From NCBI RefSeq assembly GCF_006345805.1, contig NC_043007.1, forward strand, positions 14,136,001 through 14,200,000: 64,000 bases of DNA, read 5' to 3'. Of the stretch, positions 10,300 to 20,714 are shown piece after piece. Numbering within the stretch: position 1 is the first letter of the stretch; every line of letters starts with the position of its first letter. The notes beneath the pieces are model-generated. The model saw only the letters and a program-made list of their open reading frames with translations. It did not search any database and had not been told where the DNA came from. The position numbers and the translations under genes were made by a program. Source of the stretch: Octopus sinensis (taxonomy: Eukaryota).

Positions 10300-12800
10300 T
10301 CTCCGCCAACTCAATGACACCTCCTTCTACTCTCCTCTGTCCTCTAACCCCACACGTAGCTACCAACAGACGGTATCCTCTACTGTCCACGACCTCATCT
10401 CGTCCTCCTGCATCCCCCACACCGCATCCAACCTAATTGTGCGAACCCCACGTACCCCCACCATTTACTTCCTCCCCAAAATCCACAAACCCAACAACCC
10501 TGGCCGCCCCATCGTCTCCGCCTGTAACTGCCCCACGGAGCTCATCTTTAAATACCTCGACCGTGTCCTTGCCCCCCTAGTGGCATCTCTTCCCTCCCAC
10601 ATCCACGATACCAACCATGCTCTCCGGCTTTTCAACTCTTTCTCCTTTCCTCCCGGCTCCTCCAAAATCCTTTTTACTATGGGCATTCAGAGCCTCTATA
10701 CCGTTATCCCTCACCACGAAGGACTGCAGGCACTTCAACACTTTCTTGACCTCCGCTCCAACCCTGAGCCTAACACCTCCACACTCATTCGTCTGGCCGA
10801 ACTTGTCCTTACTCTTAACTGCTTCTCGTTCACGGGCGAGTTCTACCATCAGGTCTCGGGAGTGGCCATGGGAACGCGAATGGGCCCCAACTATGCGAAC
10901 CTGTTCGTTGGCTATGTTGAGGCCCAAATATTCTCTAATTTCACTGGTCCCACTCCTGAACTATATGGTCGTTACATTGACGACATTTTCGGTGCCACCT
11001 CACTCTCCCGTGAACATCTAGATTCCCTCCTCTCTTTCGTTCAATCTTTCCATCCAGCCCTCCACTTCACTTCCACTATCTCCTACACCTCTGTCTCCTT
11101 CCTCGACATTTCGGTTAGCATTCTTCACTCCACTCTTACCACCTCCATTCACTACAAACACACAGACTCACACTCATACCTCAACTTCTCTTCCTCCCAC
11201 CCAGAACACACCAAGCTTTCCATCCCCTATTCCCAATTCCTCCGTCTACGTAGGCTCTGTAGTGACGACCATGACTTTGAGACTCAGTCTTAACGTATGG
11301 CTCACCACTTCATCCTACCTGGATACCCCCTCACCACTATCCACACCGCCCTTGCCAGAGCACGTTCCGTGGACCGTGTATCTGCTCTCTCTCCCCGAAC
11401 CCGCCCTGTAGTCTCCCGCCTCCCTTTTCCCCTCACTTACCACCCCACGACCCTACCTCTCCAACGCACCATTCTTCGAGCTTTCCGTCATCTCCAGTCC
11501 GACCCGTCCACTTCACACCTCTTCCCTAACCGACCCCTCCCCTATTTCAAACGAGCCCATAACCTTCGAGACCTTTTGGTCCATAGCTCCTTCCCTGACC
11601 CTACCTCCCAACCTGGCTCGTTCCCCTGCTCCCGCCCACGTTGCCGCACTTGCCCTTACCTCTCCAACACCACTCTCCTCACTGGCACCCATCATCGACC
11701 CTATCGCATCATCAACTCCTTCACCTGCACCTCCAGCAATATTATCTAATTGCGTCTCTTGCTCTCTCTGCCATTCCCTGTACATCGGACAAACGGGACG
11801 CCGCTTGGCTGACCGGTTCGCGGAACACCTTCGTGATATCCGCCTTGCGAACGACACACCGGTCTCACGCCATTTCTGCTCCATCGGTCACTCCTTGCAA
11901 CACCTGTCTGTGTTCGGTTTGTCCTTACACAGAGGCCATCCGGATTCCCGTTTGCGCCGTGAACAGGAATTAATCTTCTCTCTTCGCTCTTATACGCCAT
12001 TTGGTCTCAACTCTCCCCCCTCCTCATCTAACCTCCCCCCGACCCCTACTTCTCTTCAGTCCTTCATCCTTTCACCCCTACTCCTCTTCCCTTCTTCCCT
12101 CTTTCTCCCTCCCTCCTTCTTCCCTCTTCCCCTTCCCTCTTTCTCTCTGCTCCCTCACTCCCCTTCTCTCTCTCTCCCCCTCTCCCTCTATCTTCCCTCC
12201 TCCTCTCCCCTCCTCTTCTCCTCCCCTTCCTTCTCCCCTCCTCTTCCTTCTCCCCCTTCCCCTTCCCCCTCCTCTTCTCCCCCCTCACCACCTCCCCTAT
12301 CCCCCCTTACCTCCCCCTCCTCTCCTCTCTCTACACTACACCATACGACTTTACACATCACATCATATATACATACACACGTCCAGACCTCTCATACGCA
12401 CTAATACTCTCTCATACACACACACACACACACACTCTTCTCATACACACACACACACACTCTTATGTTGGAGTGAGGTCATTCAACCCTATTATCTCCC
12501 CTAATTTCGCTCTTGCGTCTCATGTTTGATCTTTGACTTCTGTCCGAAATCAGATCGCCATGTTGATTCGCTAGCTTCTGCACGCATATTTTTTCTCTCC
12601 TTCTTTCTGTGTTTTTTCTCTGTGTATCTTTCTGTTGAAGAGCGTAGGCTCGAAACGTTAAAGACTTGTTTTATTTATATTTCCTGAGCGCCATACTAAT
12701 ACAATTGTTTGTTTGTATTCCACCTGCCTTCGTCTTTTGTTTATTTCCATAAAACTTCCTTCGTCTTTTGTCTATTTTCATAAAGCTTCCCGTTATATAT
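10300..12800 (+). mobile_element. 5'-truncated, inactivated Penelope-like retroelement (RT + zinc finger + GIY-YIG), probably Neptune-type
   Basis: RT motifs PKIHKP, GRPIVS, QVSGVAMG, RYIDD. Linker CSRPRCRTC. GIY-YIG SNII(Y)C...LYIGQTGRRLADRFAEH. Defects: in-frame stop at 11291-11293, +1 frameshift at ~11748, and TMGIQSLY in place of the expected TMDIQSLY catalytic Asp. Confidence 0.92.
12627..12664 (+). ncRNA. Minimal type I hammerhead-like motif in the PLE 3' region (CUGUUGA variant core)
   Basis: tcttt-CTGTTGA-a-gagc-gtag-gctc-GAAAC-GTT-aaaga gives a 5-bp helix I, a 4-bp helix II and a palindromic AACGTT helix III. Core position 6 is U rather than A. Confidence 0.65.
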
Positions 12801-12974
12801 ATGTATATATATATATACATACATACACACACATATATAAGAGAAAGCGGTGTCATTGAGACCCAAAGGTGTCAGGTAATGCTGAATAAGTGCTATAGAC
12901 AGACCATAGTTAAGTTCCAGATTCGGTAATATTGCAAATAAAGGGTTCAACGTTGGTTCTATGTCAGTGTATGT

Positions 12975-13133
12975 ATATAAGAATTTTTTGCATAATGAGA
13001 TAAAAAAACCCAAGGCTGTGTAGATATTAGAGCATTTTTAGATAGAAGGTTATAGATAGAGCATTTATCTAAAAATGCTCTAATATCTATACAGCCTTGG
13101 TTTTTTATCTCATTACGCAAAAAATTCTTATAT
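12975..13133. repeat. Near-perfect ~70-bp-arm inverted repeat with a ~21-nt spacer
   Basis: atataagaattttttgcataatgagata...agagcatttttagata pairs with tatctaaaaatgctct...tatctcattacgcaaaaaattcttatat. Confidence 0.9.
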
Positions 13134-13423
13134 GTATGAATATATTTATATAACAATTGCAGCGTGGAAGGTGTTTGTAAGCCATTTAAGAAACACACAA
13201 AAGCCGTTCGATTCACTTCAACATTTAAGTTTAATTTGTCAAAATATTTTCGTCGCTAAAATCCGCGACCTGTTCACTGAAGTGAATCAAACGGCTTTTG
13301 TGTGTTTCTTAATGATGACTACTCATGCTCTGACAGAAAATAATAGAATCAACTTCTGCAGAATTTGATTTCAGGTCACTGCTACCACCACCGCTGTTGT
13401 TGTCAATCCGGCAGCTGCTGTTG

Positions 13424-13675
13424 CTTCTTCTTCGTTTTCTTTTTCTTTTCTTTTTCTTTTTCTTTTCCTTTTCTTCTTCTTTTCCTTTTCTTCTTCTTTT
13501 CCTTTTCTTCTTTTTTTCTTTCTTCTTCTTCTTCTTCTTTTCCTTTTCTTCTTTTTTCCTTTTCTTCTTCTTTTCCTTTTCTTCTCTTCTTTTCTTCTTC
13601 TTTTTTTCTTCTTTTCCTTTTATTTTCTTTTTCTTCTTTTCCTTTTCTTTTCCTTTTCTTCTTCTTTCTTCTTTT
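13424..13675. repeat. Polypyrimidine (CTT/CTTTT)n tract
   Basis: Direct reading; source of the spurious K/E-rich and F/S-rich ORFs. Confidence 0.95.
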
Positions 13676-14253
13676 AAAATAACAAAAAAAACATTCACAA
13701 AAACAAGTTCCTGGTTATTCAGCACTTCTCTCTGCATATCTAAGCTGATTTACCTAATTTCAAATTTCAAGAGGCAGATAACGAACTGTAAATCAATGTC
13801 AGGTGTATCTTTTATCTTTTATCTTTTATTTATTTAAAGCATTTAACTGTGGCCATGCTGGGGCACCACCTTCTCTCTTCCTTTTCTTCTTCTTTTCCTT
13901 TTCTTTTCCTTTTCTTCTCCTTTTCCTTTTCTTTTCCTTTTCTTTTCCTTTTCTTCTTCTTCTTCTTCTTCTTCTTCTAATCAAGACTCATGTCATTACC
14001 CACAAAGAATAATCTCTAATTCGAGCCAACTCTAAGCTACGAAGAATGTGTGCTGCAACTTGAAGATCCACCCACCACATGCAATAGACTGGCAGTTGCA
14101 CATGCACAAAAGCTACGTTGTTATCCTCATTCCATAAATGGTGGCTTTTAACGGGTGGAGAGCTGAACCATCCTGGGGTACAGAGGATTCGCAATCTAGA
14201 CTAGGGTCTGAAAGTTTACTACACCATAGTGGGTTACACCATGGTTCCACCAT

Positions 14254-14694
14254 GGCGAGCTGGCAGAAACGTTAGCTCGCCGGGCGAAATGCGTAGCCGT
14301 ATTTCGTCTGTTGTTACGTTGTGAGTTCAAATTCCGCCGAGGTCGACTTTGCCGTTCATCCTTTCGGGGTCGATTAAATAAGTACCAGTTACGCACTGGG
14401 GTCGATATAGTCGACTTAATAACTATGTCTGTCCTTGTTTGTTCCCTCTGTGTTTAGCCCCTTGTGGGTAATAAAGAAATAGGTTCCTCTGCTTTGTAGC
14501 AGAGGTAGGAAGAAAGAGTGAGAGAAAGTTGTGGTGAAAGAGTACAACAGGGGTTGCCACCACCCCTGCCGGAGCCTCGTGGAGCTTAGGTGTTTTTGTT
14601 CAATAAACACTCACAATGCCCGGTCTGGGAATCGAAACTGCGTTCTTATGACCGCGAGTCCACTGCCCTAACCACTGGGCCATTGTGCCTCCAC
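14254..14694. mobile_element. Two adjacent SINEs: + strand 14254-14480 and - strand tRNA-headed 14490-14694
   Basis: The first has the ggcgagctggcagaaacg...aataaagaaata layout. The second reads gtggaggcacaatggcccagtggttaggg...gtttcgattccc on the reverse strand. Confidence 0.8.
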
Positions 14695-15681
14695 AGCTTT
14701 TGTTGCTGTTGTTGCTGTTCTTTTGTTGTTTGTTAAGTCCCAGTGCTACTCAAGTTATTCAGACATATGATCAAAATCACTCCAGCCTTGACCATCTCAA
14801 CATATGTCAGGACTATTGTTATCTAATGTGTTCTTTTTGAAAAGAAGATGGTGATGTAGTTTGAGGCGGTGGTGGTGGCGGCGGTGGCGATGGCGGCTTG
14901 GGGGTTGGTCGGGGTGGGGTGGGGGTGGTGGGGGTGGGGGGTGGTGTGGTGGTGGTGGTGGTGTGTGTGTGTGTGTGTGTGACTTTAAAATAACAAAAAA
15001 AAACATTCACAAAAACAAGTTCCCTGGTTATTCAGCACTTCTCTCTGCATATCTAAGCTGATTTACCTAATTTCAAATTTCAAGAGGCAGATAACGAACT
15101 GTAAATCAATGTCAGGTGTATCTTTTATCTTTTATCTTTTATTTATTAAAGCATTTAACTGTGGCCATGCTGGGGCACCACCTTGGAGAATTTAGTCTAA
15201 TCATTCAAACACAGTACCACACTGTACATACATTCTCAAAGCTGGTTCTTATTCTTTCAGTTTCATTTACTAGACACTAAATTGCAGAGGCTTAAACAAA
15301 CAAACACTAACTGTCAAGCAGAAGATAGGCAGGACAAACACAAACACACGCATATACACACACGCACGCACACGCGCATGCACACATACACATATATATG
15401 TATATAGCAGGTTTCCACACAGTTTCCACATATTAAACTCACTTACAAGGCATTAGTGAATCTGGGACCATAGCAGAAGACACTCACCCAAATTGCTGTG
15501 TAGTGGGATTGAACCCCAAATCACGTGGCTGCAAAACAAGTTCCTTAACCACACAGCTGTTCCTGCATCTCTCTACGTGGTAATAAACAATCAGTTTCTT
15601 ACTTGAAAACCAAGAGAAGGTAGGTAAGTTTAACTCTTTACTATTTAGATCAATCTGTCAAAGGCAATGTTCATTTATTCA

Positions 15682-18088
15682 CATCATCATCATCATCATC
15701 ATCATCGTTTAACGTCCACTTTCCATACTGGCATGGATTGGACAATTTGACTGAGGACTGGCAAGCCAGAAGGCTGCACCAGACCCCAATCTGATCTGGC
15801 AGAGTTTCTACAGCTGGATGTCCTTCCTAACGCCAACCACTCTGAGAGTGTAGCGGTTGCTTTTACGTGCCACCAGCACGAGAGCCAGTCAGGTGGTACT
15901 AGTGATGGCCATGCTCCAAACGGTAATTTTTATGTGCCACCTGCACAGGTGCCAGTCCAGTGGAACTGGCAACAACCTCACTCAAATGTTGTTTTTCCTG
16001 TGCCACCAGCATAAGTGCCAGTAAGGCGATGCTGGTAATGATCACGCTCGAATGGTGCTTTTTATGTGCCACTGGCATGGGGAGCTTTTAATGTTCCACT
16101 GGCTCAGGTGCCATCAGGAGGTGCTGTCATTGGCCACGTCAGCGAATTTGATTTTGATTGGGATTTCACTTGCCTCAACAGGTCTTCGCAAGCAACGCAT
16201 AAGTAGGCTGGTCATACTACCGGCATAAGCCATGATATTATGGTTTCATTTGGCTTGCCAGGTCTTCTCAAGCACAGCATATTTCCAAAGGTCTCGGTCA
16301 CTAGTCATTGCCTCAGTGAGGTTCAATGTTTGAAGGTCGTGCTTAACCACCTCATCCCAGGTCTTCCTGGATCTACCTCTTCCACAGATTCCCTCATCTG
16401 CTAGGTTGTGACACTTTTTCACGCATCTGTCCTCATCCATTCGCATTACATGACCATACCAGCGCAGTCATCTCTCTTGCACACCACATCTGATGTTTCT
16501 TAGGTCCAACTTTCCTCTCAAGTGTATGGACACTGGCATTACACATCCATCGAATCATACTGGCTTCATTCCTTGCAAGCTTACGCATGTCCTCAGCAGT
16601 CACGGCCCATGTTTCACTGCCATGTAGCATGGCTGTTTGTACACATGTGTCATACAGTCTACCCTTTACTCTGAGATAGAGGCCCTTTGTCACCAGCAGA
16701 GGTAGGAGCTTTCTGAACTTTGCCCAGGCTATTCTTATTCTAGCAGCTACACTTTCAGAGCACCCTCCCCCGCTACTGACTTGGTCACCTAGGTAACGGA
16801 AGCTATCAACTACTTCTAGTTTTTCTCCCTGGAATGTGGTGGAAGTTATTCTCTGTACATTTTCAGTGTTATTTATTGCTCCCGAGCATCTGCCACATAC
16901 AAAAACTATCTTCCCAGTTAGCCTTCCTTTGATACTGCTGCACCACTTATATGTCCATAGCTTACACTGGGTACATCTTATAGAGTTTCTACCCACGCAT
17001 TTTCTACAGATCGAGCAGGGCCATCTACCTGAAGGGATTTGTGGTTTGCCTGCCTTTCTACTTATTAGGACTTTGGTTTTTGCTAGATTGACTCTAAGGC
17101 CCTTCGATTCTAATCCTTGTTTCCACACTTGAAACTTCTCCTCTAGTTCTGATAGTGACTCAGCAATTAGAGCAAGGTCATCAGCATAGAGGAGCTCCCA
17201 GGGGCATCCTGTCTCGAATTCCTCCGTCATTGCCTGAAGGACTATGATAAATAGGAGGGGGCTGAGGACTGAACCTTGGTAGACCCCTACCTCTACCCTG
17301 AATTCTTCACTGTACTCGTTGCCAACCCTCACCTTACTGACAGCGTCCCTGTACATGGCTTGCACGGCTCTCACTAACCATTCACCTATCCCTAGTTTCC
17401 TCATTGACCACCAGATAAGGAATCGGGGGACCCTGTCAAAGGCTTTCTCCATGTCAACGAAAGCCAGGTACAGGGGCTTGTCTTTGGCTAGGTATTTCTC
17501 CTGCAAGGCGGCGAGCTGGCAGAAACGTTAGCATGCCGGGCGAAATGCCTAGCGGTATTTCTTCTGCCGTATGTTCTGAGTTCAAATTCCGCCGAGGTCG
17601 ACTTTCCCTTTCATCCTTTCGGGGGTCGATTAAATAATCGACTTAATACCTATGTCTGTCCTTGTTAGCCCCATCTATGTTTAGCCTCTGGTGGGTAATA
17701 AAGAAATAGGTATTTCTCCTGCAGCTGTCTTACCAGAAATATAGCATCAGTGGTACTTTTCCCTGGCACGAAACCAAACTGCATCTTATCCAATCTGACT
17801 CTCTCCCTAATTAGTTGGGCTATGACCCTCTCCATGACCTTCATTACCTGATCCAACAGCTTGATACCTCTGTAATTATTTGTATCTAAAGCATCACCTT
17901 TACCTTTGTAGCTGTTGACTGTTATGCTGCTACACCAGTCATTGGGTATGACTCCTTTGTGTATCACCTGGTTAACTATACGGGTGACTAGGCTATAGCC
18001 AACACTGCAAAATATTTTGAGCATCTCTGAAGTGATTCCTGATGGTCCGGGGACTTTCCCTGTCTTCATACTTTTAATTGCTTTATCT
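15682..18088 (-). mobile_element. 5'-truncated RTE-clade LINE (RT, Cys-rich finger insert, (GAT)n tail)
   Basis: MKTGKVPGP, NYRGIKLL, QFGFVPGKSTTDAIF, FVDMEKAFDRV, GVYQGSVLSPLLF, LLYADD, RGRSRKTW. The 3' UTR ends ggacgttaaacgatgatgat. Interrupted by a SINE at 17506-17706. Confidence 0.92.
17506..17706 (+). mobile_element. SINE inserted into the RTE ORF with a 17-bp TSD
   Basis: taggtatttctcctgca occurs at 17489-17505 and 17707-17723. The RT frame (RQLQEKYLAKDK) rejoins on removal. Confidence 0.92.
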
Positions 18089-18218
18089 TGTATATCTAGT
18101 CCATTGGCGCGCTGTTAGTTGGGGCATTTGAATTATAACGTCGGATGTAATCAATTGAACCACATGCGTATTTATCGTTATGGTAAAATCTGGCATGTGA
18201 TTGAGTGGATTTCATCCA

Positions 18219-18310
18219 GATAGTTTTGGCTGACGAGCTACAAGTGGATTTTTTTGTAAGTAAAATTACATTTAATTCATATAATAGCGAAACAATGTCC
18301 CAAAATAATC
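18219..18310 (+). ncRNA. Type I hammerhead ribozyme, copy 1 (helix III loop AAT)
   Basis: ttttgg-CTGACGA(18230)-gcta...tagc-GAAAC-aat-GTC(18297-18299)-ccaaaa. Confidence 0.8.
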
Positions 18311-18746
18311 TGTATTTTGTATTTTTTATTTGCCTGTCCGTGTGAGCTAACAATCGTACTGACTTTCATGGGAAACATGTATTTTTGTGGTTGAAACCTT
18401 TTGGATTAATGGTGCTAGAGTGAGCCATATAGTGACCTCTCTCTTATATTTATTTGTAAAAATATATAATATATTATAAAATATTATAATAATCAGGTTT
18501 CTCGGAAGCACTAGGCCACTTGGTGTTGAATAGATATACTATTAAATTAGTATCTAATTCTCTCACCCTTATTAATTAATTATAATTATGCTGCATTTAT
18601 TTCTAAATGCTAGTATTGTTTTCCGTGAAAGTTTGGCGCGCTGTTAGTTGGGGCATTTGAATTATAACGTCGGATGTAATCAATTGAACCACATGCGTTA
18701 TTTCGTTATGGTAAAATCTGGCATGTGATTGAGTGGATTTCATCCA

Positions 18747-18837
18747 GATAGTTTTGGCTGACGAGCTACAAGTGGATTTTTTTGTAAGTAAAATTACATT
18801 TAATTCATTAATAGCGAAACAATTGTCCCAAAAAATC
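18747..18837 (+). ncRNA. Type I hammerhead ribozyme, copy 2
   Basis: ttttgg-CTGACGA(18758)-gcta...tagc-GAAAC-aatt-GTC(18825-18827)-ccaaaa. Confidence 0.88.
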
Positions 18838-19276
18838 TGTATTTTTTTATTTTTTATTTGCCCTGTCCGTGTGAGCTAACAATCGTACTGACTTTCATGG
18901 GAAACATGTATTTTGGTGGTTGAAACCTTTTGATTACTGGTGCTAGAGTGAGCCATATAGTGACCACTCTCTTAATTTATTTTGTAAAAATATTATAATA
19001 TATTATAAAATATTATAATAATCCAGGTTTCTCGGAGCACTAGGCCACTTGGTGTTGAATAGATATACTATTAAATTAGTATCTAATTCTCTCACCCTTA
19101 TTAATTAATTATAATTATGCTGCATTTATTTCTAAATGCAGTATTTGTTTTCCGTGAAAGTTTGGCGCGCTGTTAGTTGGGGCATTTGAATTATAACGTC
19201 GGATGTAATCAATTGAACCACATGCGTATTTATCGTTATGGTAAAATCTGGCATGTGATTGAGTGGATTTCATCCA

Positions 19277-19368
19277 GATAGTTTTGGCTGACGAGCTACA
19301 AGTGGATTTTTTTGTAAGTAAAATTACATTTAATTCATTAATAGCGAAACAATTGTCCCAAAATAATC
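19277..19368 (+). ncRNA. Type I hammerhead ribozyme, copy 3
   Basis: ttttgg-CTGACGA(19288)-gcta...tagc-GAAAC-aatt-GTC(19355-19357)-ccaaaa. Confidence 0.88.
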
Positions 19369-19810
19369 TGTATTTTTGTTATTTTTTATTTGCCCTGTCC
19401 GTGTGAGCTAACAATCGTACGGACTTTCATGGGAAACATGTATTTTTTTCTTATGGTTGAAACCTTTTGGATTAACTGGTGCTAGAGTGAGCCATATAGT
19501 GACCACTCTCTTATATTTATTTTGTAAAAATATTATAATATATTAAAAATATTATAATAATCCAGGTTTCTCGGAGCACTAGGCCACTTGGTGTTGAATA
19601 GATATACTATTAAATTAGTATTAATTCTTCACCCTTATTAATTAATTATAATTATGCTGCATTTATTTCTAAATGCAGTATTGGTTCCGTGAAAAGTTGG
19701 CGCGCTGTTAGTTGGGGCATTTGAATATAACGTCGGATGTAATCAATTGAACCACATGCGTATTTATCGTTATGGTAAAATCTGGCATGTGATTGAGTGG
19801 ATTTCATCCA

Positions 19811-19901
19811 GATAGTTTTGGCTGACGAGCTACAGTGGATTTTTTTGTAAGTAAAATTACATTTAATTCATTAATAGCGAAACAATTGTCCCAAAATAAT
19901 C
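19811..19901 (+). ncRNA. Type I hammerhead ribozyme, copy 4
   Basis: ttttgg-CTGACGA(19822)-gcta...tagc-GAAAC-aatt-GTC(19888-19890)-ccaaaa. Confidence 0.88.
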
Positions 19902-20174
19902 TGTATTTTTGTTATTTTTTATTGCCCTGTCCGGTGAGCTAACAATCGTACTGACTTTCATGGGAAACATGTATTTTTGTGGTTGAACCTTTGGATTAAC
20001 TGGTGCTAGAGTGAGCCATATAGTGACCACTCTCTTATATTTATTTGTAAAAATATTATAATATATTATAAAATATTATAATAATCCAGGTTTCTCGGAG
20101 CACTAGGCCACTTGGTTGTTGAATAGATATACTATTAAATTAGTATCTAATTCTCTCACCCTTATTAATTAATT

Positions 20175-20183
20175 ATATACACA

Positions 20184-20217
<34 letters not shown>

Positions 20218-20254
20218 ACATATATATTATATATATAGATATATATATATATAT

Positions 20255-20299
<45 letters not shown>

Positions 20300-20350
20300 C
20301 ACATATATATATATAACATATATATATACATATATATATTATATATATAC

Positions 20351-20426
<76 letters not shown>

Positions 20427-20565
20427 CACATTATATATATATATTACATATATATATACATATATATATATTATAATATATATAATATATATATAATATA
20501 TATATACACATATATATTATATATAATATATATATATATATATAAATGTGTATATAGATAGATAT
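20175..20565. repeat. Imperfect (TA)n microsatellite
   Basis: Direct reading. Confidence 0.95.
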
Positions 20566-20714
20566 ACATCATATCATCATCATCGTTTAACGTCCGCTTT
20601 CCATGCTAGCATGGGTTGGACTGCTAGCATGGAAAGCAAAACCAAGGCAGGCTGAGTGGCTCAGGTCATTTAGAATATTTAATTAAAGTAAGGTGAATCA
20701 AAAATGGAGAAGTA

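Larger units (their letters stand above)
5055..17493 (+). repeat. Segmental duplication copy A (partner 29159-41579)
   Basis: Collinear, near-identical sequence at an offset of about 24.1 kb. Many ORF-track translations are identical, e.g. 10439 vs 34543. Confidence 0.95.
18104..20174 (+). repeat. ~530-bp tandem repeat, ~3.9 copies, each monomer carrying a hammerhead ribozyme (retrozyme-like satellite)
   Basis: Unit starts ttggcgcgctgttag at 18104, 18633, 19162 and 19697. Copies differ mostly by small indels. Confidence 0.95.

Noticed and set aside
11805-12504. Pro/Ser-rich extension as a protein domain
   Set aside because: Beyond ~12010 it is the low-complexity C/T tract of the PLE 3' region.
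13309-13837. K/E/R-rich and F/S-rich ORFs (also 37413-37793)
   Set aside because: These are translations of a polypyrimidine repeat, and the two duplicates differ freely in length.
18090-18110. Helitron terminus (ctag) explaining the 530-bp array
   Set aside because: The context is tctagt rather than the actag expected for a minus-strand end, with no clear subterminal hairpin or matching opposite end. Not excluded, but unsupported.
18104-18632. Second, minus-strand hammerhead in the monomer (viroid-like ambisense pair)
   Set aside because: No TCNTCAG on the + strand. The closest match, tcatccag at ~18212, does not fit the core.
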